A DNA stretch of 64,000 nt, from positions 1,632,001-1,696,000 of the forward strand of contig CAVZYA010000002.1 in assembly GCA_963779415.1 (NCBI GenBank), written 5' to 3'. This DNA comes from an uncultured Acidobacteriota bacterium (lineage in GTDB: Bacteria; Acidobacteriota; Thermoanaerobaculia; UBA5066). The notes below the pieces were generated by a model. It saw only the letters and a list, made by a program, of their open reading frames with translations. It had not been told where the DNA came from and did not search any database. Below are positions 18,433 through 35,880 of the stretch, one piece after another; the first letter of the stretch is position 1; each line of letters begins with the position of its first letter. The position numbers were made by a program, and so were the translations under genes.

Positions 18433-18945
18433 TCAGCGGGGCGCGGCCGCGGAGCCGTGGCGCTCGATCCCCCAGCGGACCATGTCGGTGGCGACGGGGG
18501 CGTGGCCGAGGCGGCGGACCATGGAGGAGATCTGGCCCCGGTGGTAGGTCTGGTGGTTGACGACGTGCCGGACGACGATCCCGAATTGGGCCGTCTTCAC
18601 CTCGCCGGAGAGGTTCTTCCACGAGAAGGGGCGGTCGAGCTTCTCTCGCGTCAGGGACTCGACGTGGGCGCGGTGCTTCGCGTGCGCGCGAAGAAGGACG
18701 GCGACCGCGTCTTCCAGCTTCGGGAGCGCGCTTTCCTTCGGCAGCACGAGGACGTCCGCCCCCGAGAAGCGGTCGGCCCATGCGTCGGTGGCGCCGGCGA
18801 GGTGGACGAAGGTGGCGCGGACGGAGGGCCAGCCGCCTCCCATCTCGCGGAGGTAGTCGGCTTCGGGGAGGGAGCGGAGCATCGTGATGACCCGCCCGTT
18901 CGCCCATTCGTTGTAGTCGTAGAGGGAGAGAAGCTCGACGCTCAC
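18433..18945 (-). CDS. DinB/YfiT-family protein
   Basis: YNEWAN, SVRATFVHL, HVVNHQTYHRGQ. The GTG start overlaps the FAH stop (GTGA). Confidence 0.9.
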   Translation of the reverse strand: MSVELLSLYDYNEWANGRVITMLRSLPEADYLREMGGGWPSVRATFVHLAGATDAWADRFSGADVLVLPKESALPKLEDAVAVLLRAHAKHRAHVESLTREKLDRPFSWKNLSGEVKTAQFGIVVRHVVNHQTYHRGQISSMVRRLGHAPVATDMVRWGIERHGSAAAPR

Positions 18946-19937
18946 CGCGAGGGGTCCTCCACGATGTCGTGCGTCAGGGTTCCGAGGCCGTCGATCGTCA
19001 GGCTGACCTGATCGCGGGCCTTGAGCCACTGGTTCTTCGTGACGCCCGAGCCGTTCAGCTCGAGGAAACAGCCGGTACCGACCGTTCCCGATCCGATCAC
19101 CTCGCCCGGCTCCAGCATGACGCCGTCGGCGGCGCGCTGGAGGATCTGGGCGAAGGTCCAGTTCATCCCGGAGAGGTCTCCGCGGCTCACGGTGACGCCG
19201 TTCACCTCGGCGGTCATGGCCGCGCGGACGACCATTCCGCGGGGCGAGGGGAAGAGTCGCCCCTCGGCGGCGAGGTCGTCCTTCGTGACGAGCCATGGAC
19301 CGAGGGCCGTTGCGAAGTCCTTCCCTTTCGCCGGGCCGAGGTTCAGCTTCATCTCCTCGGTCTGGAGGGCGCGTGCCGAGAAGTCGTTCATGACGCCGTA
19401 GCCGAAAATGGCGGCGTCCGCCTGCTCGAGGGTAGGGTTCAAGACGCTGCGCCCGACGACGCAGAAGGCCTCCAGCTCGAAATCCAGCTGCTCGAGACGA
19501 CGGCCCCCGACGCGGAGAAGGCCGGGCCCGATGACCGAGAGGTGATTGGAGAAGTAGAAGACGGGAAACTGGTCGAACTCCGGGATCATCGGGAGGCCGC
19601 GGTTCCGCCGCGCGGTCTCGACGTGCTGCCGGAAGGCGTAGCCGTCGCGAAGGGAGACGGGGCGCGGGATGGGGGCGAGAAGCTCGGCCCGCCGCGGGTC
19701 GAGCTGCGACTTGGAGGGAAGCTCGTCGGCCATCCCGACGAGGCCGCGGATCCGCCCGAGCCGGTCGTCCTGCTCGCGGATGACGTCGAGCATGGTGGTG
19801 CCGGAGAAGACGGAATCCACTTTCGCGAGGTCGAGGACGCGTCCGGTCTCGAGCACGACGCCGATGCGGGGCTTGCGGGAGACGATCCCCGAATCGGAGG
19901 CTTCGCTCAAGGTCGGCCGGAACGTCACCAGCCTCAC
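18942..19937 (-). CDS. Fumarylacetoacetate hydrolase family protein
   Basis: SLRDGYAFRQH, PVFYFSN, LDFELE, NDFSAR, KGKDFA, GSGTVGTGC. Confidence 0.92.
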   Translation of the reverse strand: MRLVTFRPTLSEASDSGIVSRKPRIGVVLETGRVLDLAKVDSVFSGTTMLDVIREQDDRLGRIRGLVGMADELPSKSQLDPRRAELLAPIPRPVSLRDGYAFRQHVETARRNRGLPMIPEFDQFPVFYFSNHLSVIGPGLLRVGGRRLEQLDFELEAFCVVGRSVLNPTLEQADAAIFGYGVMNDFSARALQTEEMKLNLGPAKGKDFATALGPWLVTKDDLAAEGRLFPSPRGMVVRAAMTAEVNGVTVSRGDLSGMNWTFAQILQRAADGVMLEPGEVIGSGTVGTGCFLELNGSGVTKNQWLKARDQVSLTIDGLGTLTHDIVEDPSR

Positions 19938-20020
19938 GGATCAAAGTTATACGCCTCCGGCGGGTGGCGGGAAATCCGGCTCTGCCCGGCCCCGCGTAGA
20001 GGGGGTGTGGGGGGAATCCG

Positions 20021-20371
20021 ATGACGACCGCTTCCATTGCCTCCAGCGTCCTGATTCCACGTCCGCCGCGCGACGTCTGGGACTCGCTGAAGCGCTCCGG
20101 CCGGCTGCCGGGGACGGTGCTCTCCGAGGCGCCCGCGGAACGCGTTCGCTTCGTCCACGAGGGGGTCCGCGGCTGGCTTCCGGTGGGGGACGTGGTCGGG
20201 GAGTACGTTCTCGAGCCGGCAGCCGAAGGGGTGAGACTCGATCTCTCCGTCACGGCTCTCGTCCCTGACGGGGACGCCGGCCTGAGGGTCCGGAGCCTCC
20301 TCTCGGGGTGGGTCTCGGGGTCGCTCGCCGCCCGGGCGGCGGAGCTTTCGCCGATCCGACCGGCGGCCTGA
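20021..20371 (+). CDS. Hypothetical protein (possibly SRPBCC/START-like)
   Basis: IPRPPRDVW N-terminal pattern; fills the gap between neighbouring genes. Confidence 0.5.
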   Translation: MTTASIASSVLIPRPPRDVWDSLKRSGRLPGTVLSEAPAERVRFVHEGVRGWLPVGDVVGEYVLEPAAEGVRLDLSVTALVPDGDAGLRVRSLLSGWVSGSLAARAAELSPIRPAA

Positions 20372-20416
20372 CGTCGAACTCGGGCGGCGCTAACATCGCC
20401 CCCGAGGTTTCGACAG

Positions 20417-23400
20417 ATGAAGGCTTCCGCGTTTTTCGCCCGGACTCTCTGCGTACTGGTGTCGCTGGCGCTTCCCGCTCCTCCGGCTCGTTCGGCGCCG
20501 CCGGAAAAGGGGGCGAAGGCCGCTCCCGCGGCGGTGGCGACGCCCGTCCCCGAACCGCCGCCCCTCACGAAGGCCGAGCAGGAGGCGAAGTTCCATCCCG
20601 CCGCCGCCGCGATGCCGGGGGCCGAGCGCCTCCGCGGCTACGAAGAGCGCGTCGGGATGGAGAAGGCCTCTCCGCTCGCGGCGATCCGGTTCCGGAACGT
20701 CGGCCCCGAGATCCAGGGGGGGCGGATCGTCGACATCGCGGCCCCGAGAACCAGGCCCGACACGCTTCTCGTGGCGTTCGCCTCGGGCGGGCTCTTCCGG
20801 ACGGAGAACCAGGGCGGAAGCTGGACGCCGCTCTTCGACCATGAGTCGGCGATGACGATCGGCGCCATCGCGATCGGCGACGGGGACGGAAACGTCCTCT
20901 GGGTCGGCACGGGAGAGGCGAACTCCAGCCGGTCGTCGTACGCCGGCACGGGCGTCTTCAAGTCGACCGACGGCGGGAAGAGCTGGAAGAACACGGGGCT
21001 CCCGGACAGCCACCATATCGGAAGGATCGTCGTCGACGCGAAGAACCCCGACACGGTCTTCGTCGCGTCGGCGGGCCCGCTCTATACGTACGGCGGCGAC
21101 CGCGGCGTCTTCAAGACGACCGACGGAGGCGCGACGTGGAAGCGCGTCCTCTTCGTCGACGGGACGACGGGCGCGATCGACCTCGTCCAGGACCCGACCC
21201 GCCCGAACGTCCTCTTCGCCGCCACGTGGCAGCGGGACCGGAAGGCGTGGGACTTCCTCGAGTCCGGGAAGGGAAGCGGCATCTGGAAGACGACGGACGG
21301 CGGCGCGACGTGGAAGCGGCTCGCCGGCGGTCTGCCGGAAGGCGACACGGTGGGGCGGATCGGCCTCGCCCTCTCGGCGGCCCGGCCCGACCGGATCTAC
21401 ACGGTCGTCGACAACCAGGCCCGCCGTCCGGCTTCGAGGTTCCGGACGACGAGACGCCTCCCGGCGAGCTGACGGCGCGCCGGCTGCGCGTGATGACGGC
21501 CGAGCAGTTCGCGAAGCTCGACCCGGCCGTCGTCCAGACGGTTCCTTTCGTCGAACGGCTATCCGACGAAGCTGAAGGCCAAGGCACTCCAGCGTGACGT
21601 GAAGAGCGGAAAGGTCACCGTGGCCGACCTCGTCGCCTACCTCAAGGACGCGAACCGCGACCTTTTCGAGACGCAGGTGGAAGGGGCCGAGGTCTACCGC
21701 TCGGACGACGGCGGCGCCACGTGGAAGAAGCCGTATGCCGGACGGCTCGACAAGGTTTTCTACAACTACGGCTACTACTTCTCGCAGATCTTCGTCGCGC
21801 CGGACGACGCGGACCGGGTCTACTTCGGCGGCGTCCCGATGCTCCGGTCGACGGATGGCGGGAAGACGTGGGCAGGGAATCGACCGGCGCGGAGTCCACG
21901 TGGACGAGCACGCCCTCGCATTCGGCCCGAAGGACTCGCGGCACGTCGCGCTGGGGAACGACGGCGGGCTGAACCTCTCCTTCGACGGCGGGACGACGTG
22001 GGCGCGCGTCGGGAACATCCCCGTCGGGCAGTTCACGACGATCGCGGTGGACGACGGCGACCCGTACAACATCGTCGGGGGGCTCCAGGACAACGGGACG
22101 ATGCGCGGGCCGTCGAACTACCGCGCCGGCATCTTCGACCCGGGCGCGTGGAAGATGATCGCCGGCGGGGACGGGAGCATGTGCGCGATCGACCCGAAGG
22201 ACCGGAACGTCGTCTACACGGCGTCGCAGTTCGGCTTCGCGGGGCGGCAGAACCTGAAGACGGGCGAGAGGGCCCGCGTCCGCCCGCGCGGCGAGCTGAA
22301 GGAGCCGCCGCTCCGGTACAACTGGGTCACGCCGTTCCTCCTCTCGCCCAGCTCGCACGAGATCCTCTGGTTCGGGACGAACCGGCTCTTCCGCTCCTTC
22401 GACCGCGGCGACACGTTCACCGCCGTCAGCGCCGACCTCACGGCGAACCGCGAGCAGGGGAACGTCCCGTACGGGACCGCCACGTCGATCGCCGAGTCGC
22501 CGAAGAAGTTCGGCGTCCTCTGGGTCGGGACGGACGAAGGGAAGGTCTGGCTGACGAAGGACGGCGGCGCCGCGTGGAAGGACGTCTCGAAGGGGCTCGC
22601 GCCGGACCGCTGGGTGACGCGGGTCGTGGCGTCGGCCTTCGACGAGGGGACGGTCTACGTCACGCAGAACGGCTACCGGAACGACGAGTGGACGGCGTAC
22701 GTCTTCCGCTCGACGGACTACGGCGAGAGCTGGACGTCGCTCGCGAAGGGGCTCCCGCCCGAGCCGGTCAACGTGATCCGCGAGGACCCGAAGGCGAAGG
22801 ACCTCCTCTACGTCGGGACCGACCTCGGCGTCTTCGTCTCCCTCGACAAGGGCGAGACGTGGCTCGCGATGGCGGGGGACCTCCCGCACGTCCCGGTCCA
22901 CGACCTCGCGGTCCAGCCGCGCGAAGGGGACCTCGTCGTCGGCACTCACGGCCGCAGCGTCTTCGTGGCCGAGACGGCGCCGCTCCGGAAGCTCTCGTCC
23001 GACGTGAGGAAGAAGGACCTCTACGCCTTCTCCGTCAAGCCGGCCACCTGGAGCCGCTACCGGGGCTACGGCGAGCATCCGTGGATCACCTGGTTCCGCA
23101 ACCCGCCGGTGGCGCGGATCGCATGGTGGGGGACGGCGGCGTCCGCCGGTCCCGCGACCCTGACGATCCGGGACTCCTACGGAAACGTCTGGAGGGAGGT
23201 CTCGACGAAGTCCGGCGCCGGGATGAACGTCTACGAGTACGACCTGACCGCCGACGCGAAGAAGGCCGACGCGGCCGAGGCCGACGTGAAGAAGCGGCGG
23301 GAGGAGAAGGGGAAGGCGCAGGAGGAGCTGGACAAGAAGTTCGCGCCCCCGAAGTCCGACCTGAAGCCGGAGCCGGCCGGAGGAGACGACGCCGAAGAGG

Positions 23401-23618
23401 GGGAGGGCGACGCGGGGGCCGCGATGGGAGGCGGGCCCGAGAAGCCTCTCCCGCCGGACCTGGAGGCGCTTCTCGCCGACCCGTACCGCGGGACGAGGAC
23501 ACGCTACCTCCCGCCCGGGACGTACACCGTCGAGATCCGCGCCGGGAAGGCGGCGTCCGCCACGACGCTCGAGGTGAAGCGGCCGAAGAGCGAATCCCGG
23601 CGGTTCGACGAGGACTGA
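20417..23618 (+). CDS. Secreted BNR/VPS10 (sortilin-like) beta-propeller glycosyl-hydrolase-like protein, about 3 frameshifts (near 21430, 21540 and 21875)
   Basis: Repeated S/TxDGGxT/SW Asp-box motifs, GPEIQGGRIVD, GGLQDNG, GTHGRS, distributed over consecutive frames. Confidence 0.85.
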
Positions 23619-23636
23619 CGCCGGAAGCCGTCGCCC

Positions 23637-24668
23637 GTGCCACGCCCTCTCGGGACCGACCATCTCGATGTCGCCCCGGAGGGGACGCTCGTTCTCCACG
23701 CCGGTCACCCGAAAGGGTGGCGCGGGCGGGGGAGCGCCACGCAGACCTCGACGGCGCACCCCGGGACGGCGATCCACTGGGAGGGAGAGCTCTGGGAGGT
23801 GGTGTCGGCCGTCGACCTCCCGGACGGCGGCGCCCGGTACGAGCTTTCGCGCTGGGACGAGCGCCACGCGGCGCGGCACGTGGAGCGCTACGACGAGGCG
23901 AGCGAGCGGCGACTCGCCGAGGGGCGGAGGAACGACCGGCGGCGGACGCACGGGTTCGCGGGGGCGCTTCTTCTCTCGCCCCTCTGCGGGCTGTTGCCGG
24001 CCCAGGCACAGCAGCGGATCGAGAACGAGACGGCTTTCCCCGCGTCCGTGCTCACGATCGTCTCCGCTCTGATCGGCTTCGCGTTCGGCATCGTCTCCCT
24101 CATGAGCGTTCTCCTCGCGGCCATCGGCGGGGCGTCGTTCCTCCCGCTCTGGGCGGCGATCCCCGGCCTCTATGTCCTCGTCGAGTCGGGGGCCCGGGGA
24201 GCCGTCGCCATCGCGCAGGGCCGGCCCGTCGGGTCGTTCTTCGGCGAGGCCGCGTGGACGCTTCTCGGGAGGAGAGAGGCCGCGCCGGACGTGGCGCGCG
24301 AGGAGGAGCCGGGCGAGGAGCTGTACGACCTCTACCGGCTGAGGGAGCCGTTCCTCGCGCTTCTCTCCGAGGAGGACCAGCACCTCGCGGCGACGAGCTA
24401 CGGCTTCGACTTCGTCCGGTGGGGGCGCGTCACGGCTCTCTTAATCCTCGGCGGCCTGGCTCCGATGGCCCTCGCGACCGGGGTGACGCTTCTCGCCGCC
24501 CCTTCGGCGGGAGACGCGCTTCTCCTCTTCCTCTCCGCCCCGCTCGCCGTCGAGCAGATCTTCCGGCTCTCACGCCTCGCGCGCCGCCGGCCGGCCCCCA
24601 GCCTTCTTCGATTCGTCGCCCGTCCGTTCTGCGTCCGGCTCCTCGAAAAGGGGCGGCCGGAAGGCTGA
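23637..24668 (+). CDS. Hypothetical membrane protein
   Basis: Several hydrophobic helices; internally repeated L(S/A)xL motif segments. Confidence 0.65.
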   Translation: MPRPLGTDHLDVAPEGTLVLHAGHPKGWRGRGSATQTSTAHPGTAIHWEGELWEVVSAVDLPDGGARYELSRWDERHAARHVERYDEASERRLAEGRRNDRRRTHGFAGALLLSPLCGLLPAQAQQRIENETAFPASVLTIVSALIGFAFGIVSLMSVLLAAIGGASFLPLWAAIPGLYVLVESGARGAVAIAQGRPVGSFFGEAAWTLLGRREAAPDVAREEEPGEELYDLYRLREPFLALLSEEDQHLAATSYGFDFVRWGRVTALLILGGLAPMALATGVTLLAAPSAGDALLLFLSAPLAVEQIFRLSRLARRRPAPSLLRFVARPFCVRLLEKGRPEG

Positions 24669-24755
24669 TTCCCGCACCGGCGCGGAGTTGTCCGGCCCGG
24701 CGGGCAAGCTGAGACGAAATCTCGATTAATATCCGTTCATGAAGAGATCGACGAG

Positions 24756-30407
<5,652 letters not shown>

Positions 30408-30409
30408 GG

Positions 30410-32740
30410 ATGAGACCGGGCCCCAACCGCCTCGCGAACGAGCCGTCTCCCTACCTGCGGCAGCACGCCCGCAACCCCGTGGACTGGTATCCGTGGGGGG
30501 ACGAGGCGTTCGGGAAGGCGAAGCTCGAGGGAAAGCCGGTCTTCCTTTCGATCGGCTATTCCTCCTGCCACTGGTGTCACGTGATGGAGCGCGAGTCGTT
30601 CGAGAACGAGGCGATCGCCGCGCTTCTGAACGAGCGTTTCGTCGCGATCAAGGTGGATCGCGAGGAGCGGCCGGACGTGGACGACGTCTACATGACGGCC
30701 GTCCAGCTGACGAGTGGCCGCGGAGGGTGGCCGCTTTCGGCGTTTCTTCTTCCGGACGGGCGGCCGTTCCTCGCCGGGACGTACTTCCCGCCCGACGACG
30801 GGTACGGGCGCGTCGGGTTCCGGACGCTCCTTCTCCGGATCGACGAGGCGTGGCGGACGCGGCGGGAGGAGATCGAGGCGACGGCGGGGCGGCTCGCCAC
30901 GGAGATCGCGTCGAGCCAGAATCTCTCTTCGGCGCGCGGCTCCGAGCCCCTGTCGGAAGAGACGCTCCCGCGCCTCACGGCCGCGCTCTCCTCGACCTTC
31001 GATGCCCGGCTCGGGGGCTTCGGCGGCGCCCCGAAGTTTCCGCCTCATCTCTCCCTCGCGTGGCTTCTGGAGAGAGGGTTCGAAGGCGACGGCGAAGCGC
31101 GGGAGATGGCGACGACGACGCTTCGGGCGATGGCCTTCGGCGGCATCCACGATCACCTCGGCGGCGGGTTTCATCGCTACTCCACCGACGCGGAGTGGCT
31201 CGTCCCGCACTTCGAGAAGATGCTCACCGACAACGCGCAGCTCCTCGGCGTCTACTCCCGGGCCCACGCCGTGACGGGCGACCGCTTATTCGCCGAGGTC
31301 GCGCACGACACGGGCGATTACCTCCTCCGCGAGATGCGCGGGGCGGAAGGGGGCTTCTTCGCGGCGACCGACGCGGACTCGGAAGGGGAAGAGGGGAAGT
31401 ACTTCGTCTGGACGGCAGCCGAGATCCGTGAGGTCCTAGGGGGGACCGACGCCGAATATTTCTTCGAATGGTATGGGGTTCGGGAAGGCGGCAACTTCAG
31501 CGAGGAAGCCTCCGGCCACCGCACCGGCGCCAACGTTCTTCACCTTTCGAAGAAGATTTCTTCGGATGCCGAAGCGCGGCTCGTGCCCCTGCGTGCCGCC
31601 CTGCTGGCTGCGCGCGCGAAGCGCGTCCCCCCCTCTCTCGATGACAAGCGCGTCGCCGGCTGGAACGCTCTCGCCGTCTCCGGCTTCGCCGTCGCGGGGA
31701 AGGCGCTCGGCGAGCCGCGGTTCCTCGACGCGGCGCGGGAGACGGCACGGTTCCTCCTGACGACGACGCGCGACGGAGAGGGGCGGCTTCTCCGATCGTG
31801 GAAGGAAGGGAGCGGGACGATCCCGGCCTTTCTCGAGGACGAGGCGTACCTCGCCAACGCGCTGCTCGATCTGTCGGAGTCGACACCGGAGCCGGAGGCG
31901 TCCGCGTGGCTTTCCGAGGCCGTCAAGGCCATCGCGAGCCTCCGGAGACGCTTCCGCCGGCCCGAAGGTCCCGGGTTCACGCTCTCGGGCGAAGGACATG
32001 AGGAGCTCCTCTCGAAGAGCCGCGATTTTTTCGACAAGGCGATCCCTTCCGCTTCGGGCTCGTCCGCGCTGGCTCTCGCGCGCCTCGCGCGGAAGAGCGG
32101 CGACGTGGCGCTCGCGCGCGAATCGGCGGAGGCGGTCCGCGAGGTATCCTGGCTGCTGGGCCGCTCGCCGCACGGGACGGAGTCGTGGTTCTTCGCCCTC
32201 GAAGAGCTGCTGAAGTTCGAGAAGGAGAATCCGGGAACGGGCACCGGCGCCCTGCTCGCTTTGAGAGGCGACGGCAAAGCGGGCGCAACGTCCGAAGAGG
32301 ACCTTTCTTCGAAGGTGAAAGAGGCGGGGGGACGGGCCGAAGCCACTTCCGCGGATGGCGTTCTCTCCGTCTCCTTTCCCTCGAAGCACCGCGCGAAGCG
32401 CGGAACGGTTCTCTCGGATCCCGCTGACCTTCAGAGTCAAGGAAGGCTGGTACTTGCAGGGGGCGGACGGCATTCGCATCGAAGCAGCGGCGGCGGGCCG
32501 GGTCTCGCCTCTCGAAGAATCTCCGCACCCTCGCCCGAACTCCGCCGTCCCCGGCGAAGAGCTCGGAACCTCGCCGCCTACTCGGGTTCTTTCAAAGCAG
32601 ATCTCTCTTTCTCGGTCTCTTCTTCGGCGCCGGTGGGAGAGAGAACGGTCAGCGTGATCGTCCACTACCGCGCGTGCGGCGAGGGGGCGTGCCGGCCCGA
32701 GGCGGCGCTTTCGCTTTCGATTCCTGTCGAGGTGGTCTGA
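30410..32740 (+). CDS. Thioredoxin-domain protein (YyaL/SPATA20 family) with C-terminal DsbD-N-like domain; compensating frameshifts near 32415-32530
   Basis: [46 protein letters not shown]; C-terminal ACGEGAC. Confidence 0.9.
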   Translation: MRPGPNRLANEPSPYLRQHARNPVDWYPWGDEAFGKAKLEGKPVFLSIGYSSCHWCHVMERESFENEAIAALLNERFVAIKVDREERPDVDDVYMTAVQLTSGRGGWPLSAFLLPDGRPFLAGTYFPPDDGYGRVGFRTLLLRIDEAWRTRREEIEATAGRLATEIASSQNLSSARGSEPLSEETLPRLTAALSSTFDARLGGFGGAPKFPPHLSLAWLLERGFEGDGEAREMATTTLRAMAFGGIHDHLGGGFHRYSTDAEWLVPHFEKMLTDNAQLLGVYSRAHAVTGDRLFAEVAHDTGDYLLREMRGAEGGFFAATDADSEGEEGKYFVWTAAEIREVLGGTDAEYFFEWYGVREGGNFSEEASGHRTGANVLHLSKKISSDAEARLVPLRAALLAARAKRVPPSLDDKRVAGWNALAVSGFAVAGKALGEPRFLDAARETARFLLTTTRDGEGRLLRSWKEGSGTIPAFLEDEAYLANALLDLSESTPEPEASAWLSEAVKAIASLRRRFRRPEGPGFTLSGEGHEELLSKSRDFFDKAIPSASGSSALALARLARKSGDVALARESAEAVREVSWLLGRSPHGTESWFFALEELLKFEKENPGTGTGALLALRGDGKAGATSEEDLSSKVKEAGGRAEATSADGVLSVSFPSKHRAKRGTVLSDPADLQSQGRLVLAGGGRHSHRSSGGGPGLASRRISAPSPELRRPRRRARNLAAYSGSFKADLSFSVSSSAPVGERTVSVIVHYRACGEGACRPEAALSLSIPVEVV

Positions 32741-32746
32741 CCCGGC

Positions 32747-33517
32747 TCAGCGCCTGTAGCTCTCGGGGCGTCTGTCCTTGAGAGCGCTGAAGCGGGCGCG
32801 GGAGCTTTCGACCTCTTTCGGGTCGACGTCGACGACGAGGACGGTCTCGATCTCCGCGGCCGAGGCGAGGGTCTCGCCCCAGGGGGAGATCGCCGCCGAG
32901 TCCCCCGCGTAGTGGATGCCGTCGCCGTCGCCGACGCGGTTGACGCCGAGGACGAAGGCCTGGTTCTCGATGGCGCGCGCCCGGAGGAGCGTCTGCCAGT
33001 GGGCGCGCCGGCGGTCGGGCCAGTTCGCGATGACGACGAAAGCATCAGTGGCGTCCGCGGCGAGGCGGAACGGCTCGGGGAAGCGGAGGTCGTAGCAGAC
33101 GAGGGGCGTGACCCGCGCGCCGGCGATCTCCCACGTCACGACGCGGTCCCCGCCGCCGAAAAACCTCTCCTCCCCGGCGAACGAGAAAGGATGAATCTTC
33201 GAATAGCGCCTCACCTCGCCGTCCGGCGAGACGAGGAGCGCGTTGTTGACCGGGAGCGGCGAACCGGTCTCGGCGACCCCGGCGATCAGGTGGATCGCGA
33301 GCTCGCGCGCCTTGCTCCGGAGCCACTGCTCGGTCGGCCCCCCTTCCGGCTGGGCGGTCTTCGCGACGTTCAGCGAGAAGCCGGTCGCGAACATCTCGGG
33401 AAGGATGGCGAGATCCGCTCCCGCCTCGACCGCGCGCTTCAGGTGCGCCGAGGCGATGGCGTGGCTGGCCGGCCAGTCCTCCCAGGCGATGTCCGTCTGG
33501 ATCAGGGCGGCGCGCAT
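32747..33517 (-). CDS. Carbon-nitrogen hydrolase (nitrilase/omega-amidase family)
   Basis: Catalytic triad motifs [19 protein letters not shown]; ARAIENQ. Confidence 0.93.
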   Translation of the reverse strand: MRAALIQTDIAWEDWPASHAIASAHLKRAVEAGADLAILPEMFATGFSLNVAKTAQPEGGPTEQWLRSKARELAIHLIAGVAETGSPLPVNNALLVSPDGEVRRYSKIHPFSFAGEERFFGGGDRVVTWEIAGARVTPLVCYDLRFPEPFRLAADATDAFVVIANWPDRRRAHWQTLLRARAIENQAFVLGVNRVGDGDGIHYAGDSAAISPWGETLASAAEIETVLVVDVDPKEVESSRARFSALKDRRPESYRR

Positions 33518-33575
33518 GCCGGGATTATGGATTCGTTTCGTGGAGCCGGGCGGCGGTGCTAGCCTTTTCGCCCTC

Positions 33576-34991
33576 ATGGCGGCGACGCTCTACCGGAAAG
33601 TCTTCGATCTCCATACGGTGCGGAAGCTCCCGACGGGGCAGACGCAGCTCTTCATCGGGCTCCATCTCGTCCACGAGGTGACGAGCCCGCAGGCCTTCGA
33701 CATGGTCCGCGCCCGCGCCGGCCGCGTCCCCTTCCCGGGCCGGACGGTCGCGACGGTGGACCACATCGTCCCGACGGACGGATCGACCCGCCCCTTCCGC
33801 GACGTAATGGCCGAGGAGATGCTCCAGGCGCTCGAGCGAAACTGCCGCGAGTTCGGGATCCGGTTCTTCGAGCTGGGGTCGGAAGGGCAGGGGATCGTCC
33901 ACGTCATCGGCCCGGAGACGGGGCTGACGCAGCCGGGAATGACGATCGCCTGCGGAGACAGCCACACGTCGACGCACGGGGCGTTCGGGGCGCTCGCGTT
34001 CGGGATCGGGACATCGCAGGTGCGGGACGTCCTCGCCTCGCAGACGCTCGCCGTCGAGCCGCTGAAGGTCCGGCGGATCGAGGTCGATGGGGCGCTCGGG
34101 CGCGGGGTCTACTCGAAGGACGTCATCCTTGGAATTCTCGGCCGCCTCGGCGTGAAGGCGGGGGCAGGCTTCGCCTATGAGTACGGCGGCGCCGCCATCG
34201 AGGCGATGTCGATGGACGAGCGGATGACGCTCTGCAACATGACGATCGAAGGGGGAGCGCGGGCCGGCTACGTGAACCCCGACGCGACGACCTACGATTT
34301 CCTGAAGGGGCGCCCGTTCGCTCCGGCGGGGGAGGCGTGGGACCGCGCCGTGGCGTGGTGGACTTCGCTCGCCTCCGATCCGGGGGCGGCATACGACGAC
34401 GTCGTCCGGATGGACGGCTCGGCCCTCGAGCCGATGGTGACCTGGGGGATCAACCCGGGGCAGGTCGCGCCGGTGTCGGGGCGCGTGCCGAAACCCGGCG
34501 ACGCGCCGGCCGACGACCGTGCGTCGATCGTCGAGGCGCTCGACTACATGGGGCTCGAAGGAGGGCGCCCCGTCGCCGGGATCCCGGTCGACGTCGCCTT
34601 CATCGGCTCCTGCACGAATGGACGGCTCTCGGATCTTCGGGAAGCCGCGCGCGTGGCGAAGGGGCGCCGCGTGGCGAAGGGAGTGCGGGCGCTCGTCGTC
34701 CCCGGGTCGAATGCCGTCCGCGCCGCCGCCGAGCGGGAAGGGCTTCACGAGATCTTCCGCGAGGCCGGCTTCGAGTGGCGCGAGGCGGGCTGCTCGATGT
34801 GCCTCGCCATGAATCCGGACCGGCTCGTCGGACGCGAGACGTGCGCCTCCTCTTCGAACCGGAACTTCAAGGGAAGACAGGGGAGCCCGACCGGGCGAAC
34901 GCTCCTGATGAGCCCGGCGATGGTGGCGGCGGCCGCCGTCGCCGGCGAGGTGACCGACGTGAGGGCGTTGTTTCCGAAGGAGAAGTCGTGA
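33576..34991 (+). CDS. leuC: 3-isopropylmalate dehydratase large subunit
   Basis: [47 protein letters not shown]. Confidence 0.97.
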   Translation: MAATLYRKVFDLHTVRKLPTGQTQLFIGLHLVHEVTSPQAFDMVRARAGRVPFPGRTVATVDHIVPTDGSTRPFRDVMAEEMLQALERNCREFGIRFFELGSEGQGIVHVIGPETGLTQPGMTIACGDSHTSTHGAFGALAFGIGTSQVRDVLASQTLAVEPLKVRRIEVDGALGRGVYSKDVILGILGRLGVKAGAGFAYEYGGAAIEAMSMDERMTLCNMTIEGGARAGYVNPDATTYDFLKGRPFAPAGEAWDRAVAWWTSLASDPGAAYDDVVRMDGSALEPMVTWGINPGQVAPVSGRVPKPGDAPADDRASIVEALDYMGLEGGRPVAGIPVDVAFIGSCTNGRLSDLREAARVAKGRRVAKGVRALVVPGSNAVRAAAEREGLHEIFREAGFEWREAGCSMCLAMNPDRLVGRETCASSSNRNFKGRQGSPTGRTLLMSPAMVAAAAVAGEVTDVRALFPKEKS

Positions 34992-35614
34992 ACGTCTCCG
35001 CGATCCGCCGCATTGAAGGAAGGGCGCTGCCCCTCCCCGGCGACGACGTCGACACCGACCGGATCGTCCCCGCCCGCTTCCTCGTCTCCGTCACCTTCGA
35101 GGGGTTCGAGAGGCACGTCTTCGCGGACGACCGGGCCTCCCGCAGAGGGACGGGATCGCCCCATCCCTTCGACGAGCCCGATTTCGCGGAGGCGTCGGTC
35201 CTCCTCGTGAACCGGAACTTCGGATGCGGGTCGTCGCGCGAGCACGCCCCGCAGGCGCTTCAGCGCTGGGGGATCCGGGCGATCGTCGGGGAGTCGTTCT
35301 CCGAGATCTTCTTCGGCAATTCGCTGGCGCTCGGCCTTCCATGCGTGATCGCAGCGCCCGATGCGATCCACGCCCTCCAGAAAGCCGTCCTTCGCGACCC
35401 GCACCTTCAGGTCGAGGTGGACCTCGCCGCGAGGACCCTCCGCGCCGGGACGATCTCGGCCCCGATCTCGCTCCCCGACTCCATTCGCGAGGCATTTCTC
35501 TCCGGCGGCTGGGATGCCACGGGCCTTCTTCTGGAACGTTTCGAAGAGGTCGAGGCCGTCGCGAAAAAACTGCCGTACGTGTCAGGGTTTCAGGCCGGGC
35601 GATTTGTTTCTTGA
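34988..35614 (+). CDS. leuD: 3-isopropylmalate dehydratase small subunit
   Basis: [32 protein letters not shown] overlap with leuC. Confidence 0.96.
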   Translation: MNVSAIRRIEGRALPLPGDDVDTDRIVPARFLVSVTFEGFERHVFADDRASRRGTGSPHPFDEPDFAEASVLLVNRNFGCGSSREHAPQALQRWGIRAIVGESFSEIFFGNSLALGLPCVIAAPDAIHALQKAVLRDPHLQVEVDLAARTLRAGTISAPISLPDSIREAFLSGGWDATGLLLERFEEVEAVAKKLPYVSGFQAGRFVS

Positions 35615-35639
35615 CACGCGTCCCCGAAGTCCGTAGGGT
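35611..35639 (+). promoter_or_regulatory. sigma70 promoter of the ilv leader
   Basis: TTGACA (35611-35616, overlapping the leuD stop)-17 nt-TAGGGT (35634-35639). Confidence 0.75.
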
Positions 35640-35673
35640 TCGCCTTCAAATGTTGAGCAGGAACCAGACCCCC

Positions 35674-35778
35674 ATGTTTACCCGGTCGGCCGACATCGGC
35701 CGTCCGATGGACGGGGTCGTCCTCCTGCTTAGCGGGGTCATCGTCCTCGTCCTTACAGGCGAGGTGCAGGCGCCCTGA
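35674..35778 (+). CDS. Branched-chain amino-acid attenuator leader peptide
   Basis: MFTRSADIGRPMDGVVLLLSGVIVLVLTGEVQAP*, with Val/Leu/Ile runs. Alternative in-frame ATGs at 35650 and 35707. Confidence 0.85.
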   Translation: MFTRSADIGRPMDGVVLLLSGVIVLVLTGEVQAP

Positions 35779-35802
35779 TCAAGCAGTAGGTCAGAGAACA
35801 AC

Positions 35803-35840
35803 GCCCCGCACCTCGCCGAGGTCGCGGGGCTTTTCGTTTT
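35803..35840 (+). terminator. Attenuator terminator
   Basis: GCCCCGC-ACCTC-GCC-GAGGT-C-GCGGGGC then TTTTCGTTTT. Antiterminator 35758-35772 is complementary to 35802-35817. Confidence 0.88.
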
Positions 35841-35880
35841 CGGCCCCGCGTCATCCCGACGAGGCCCGGCGGGTAACGCA

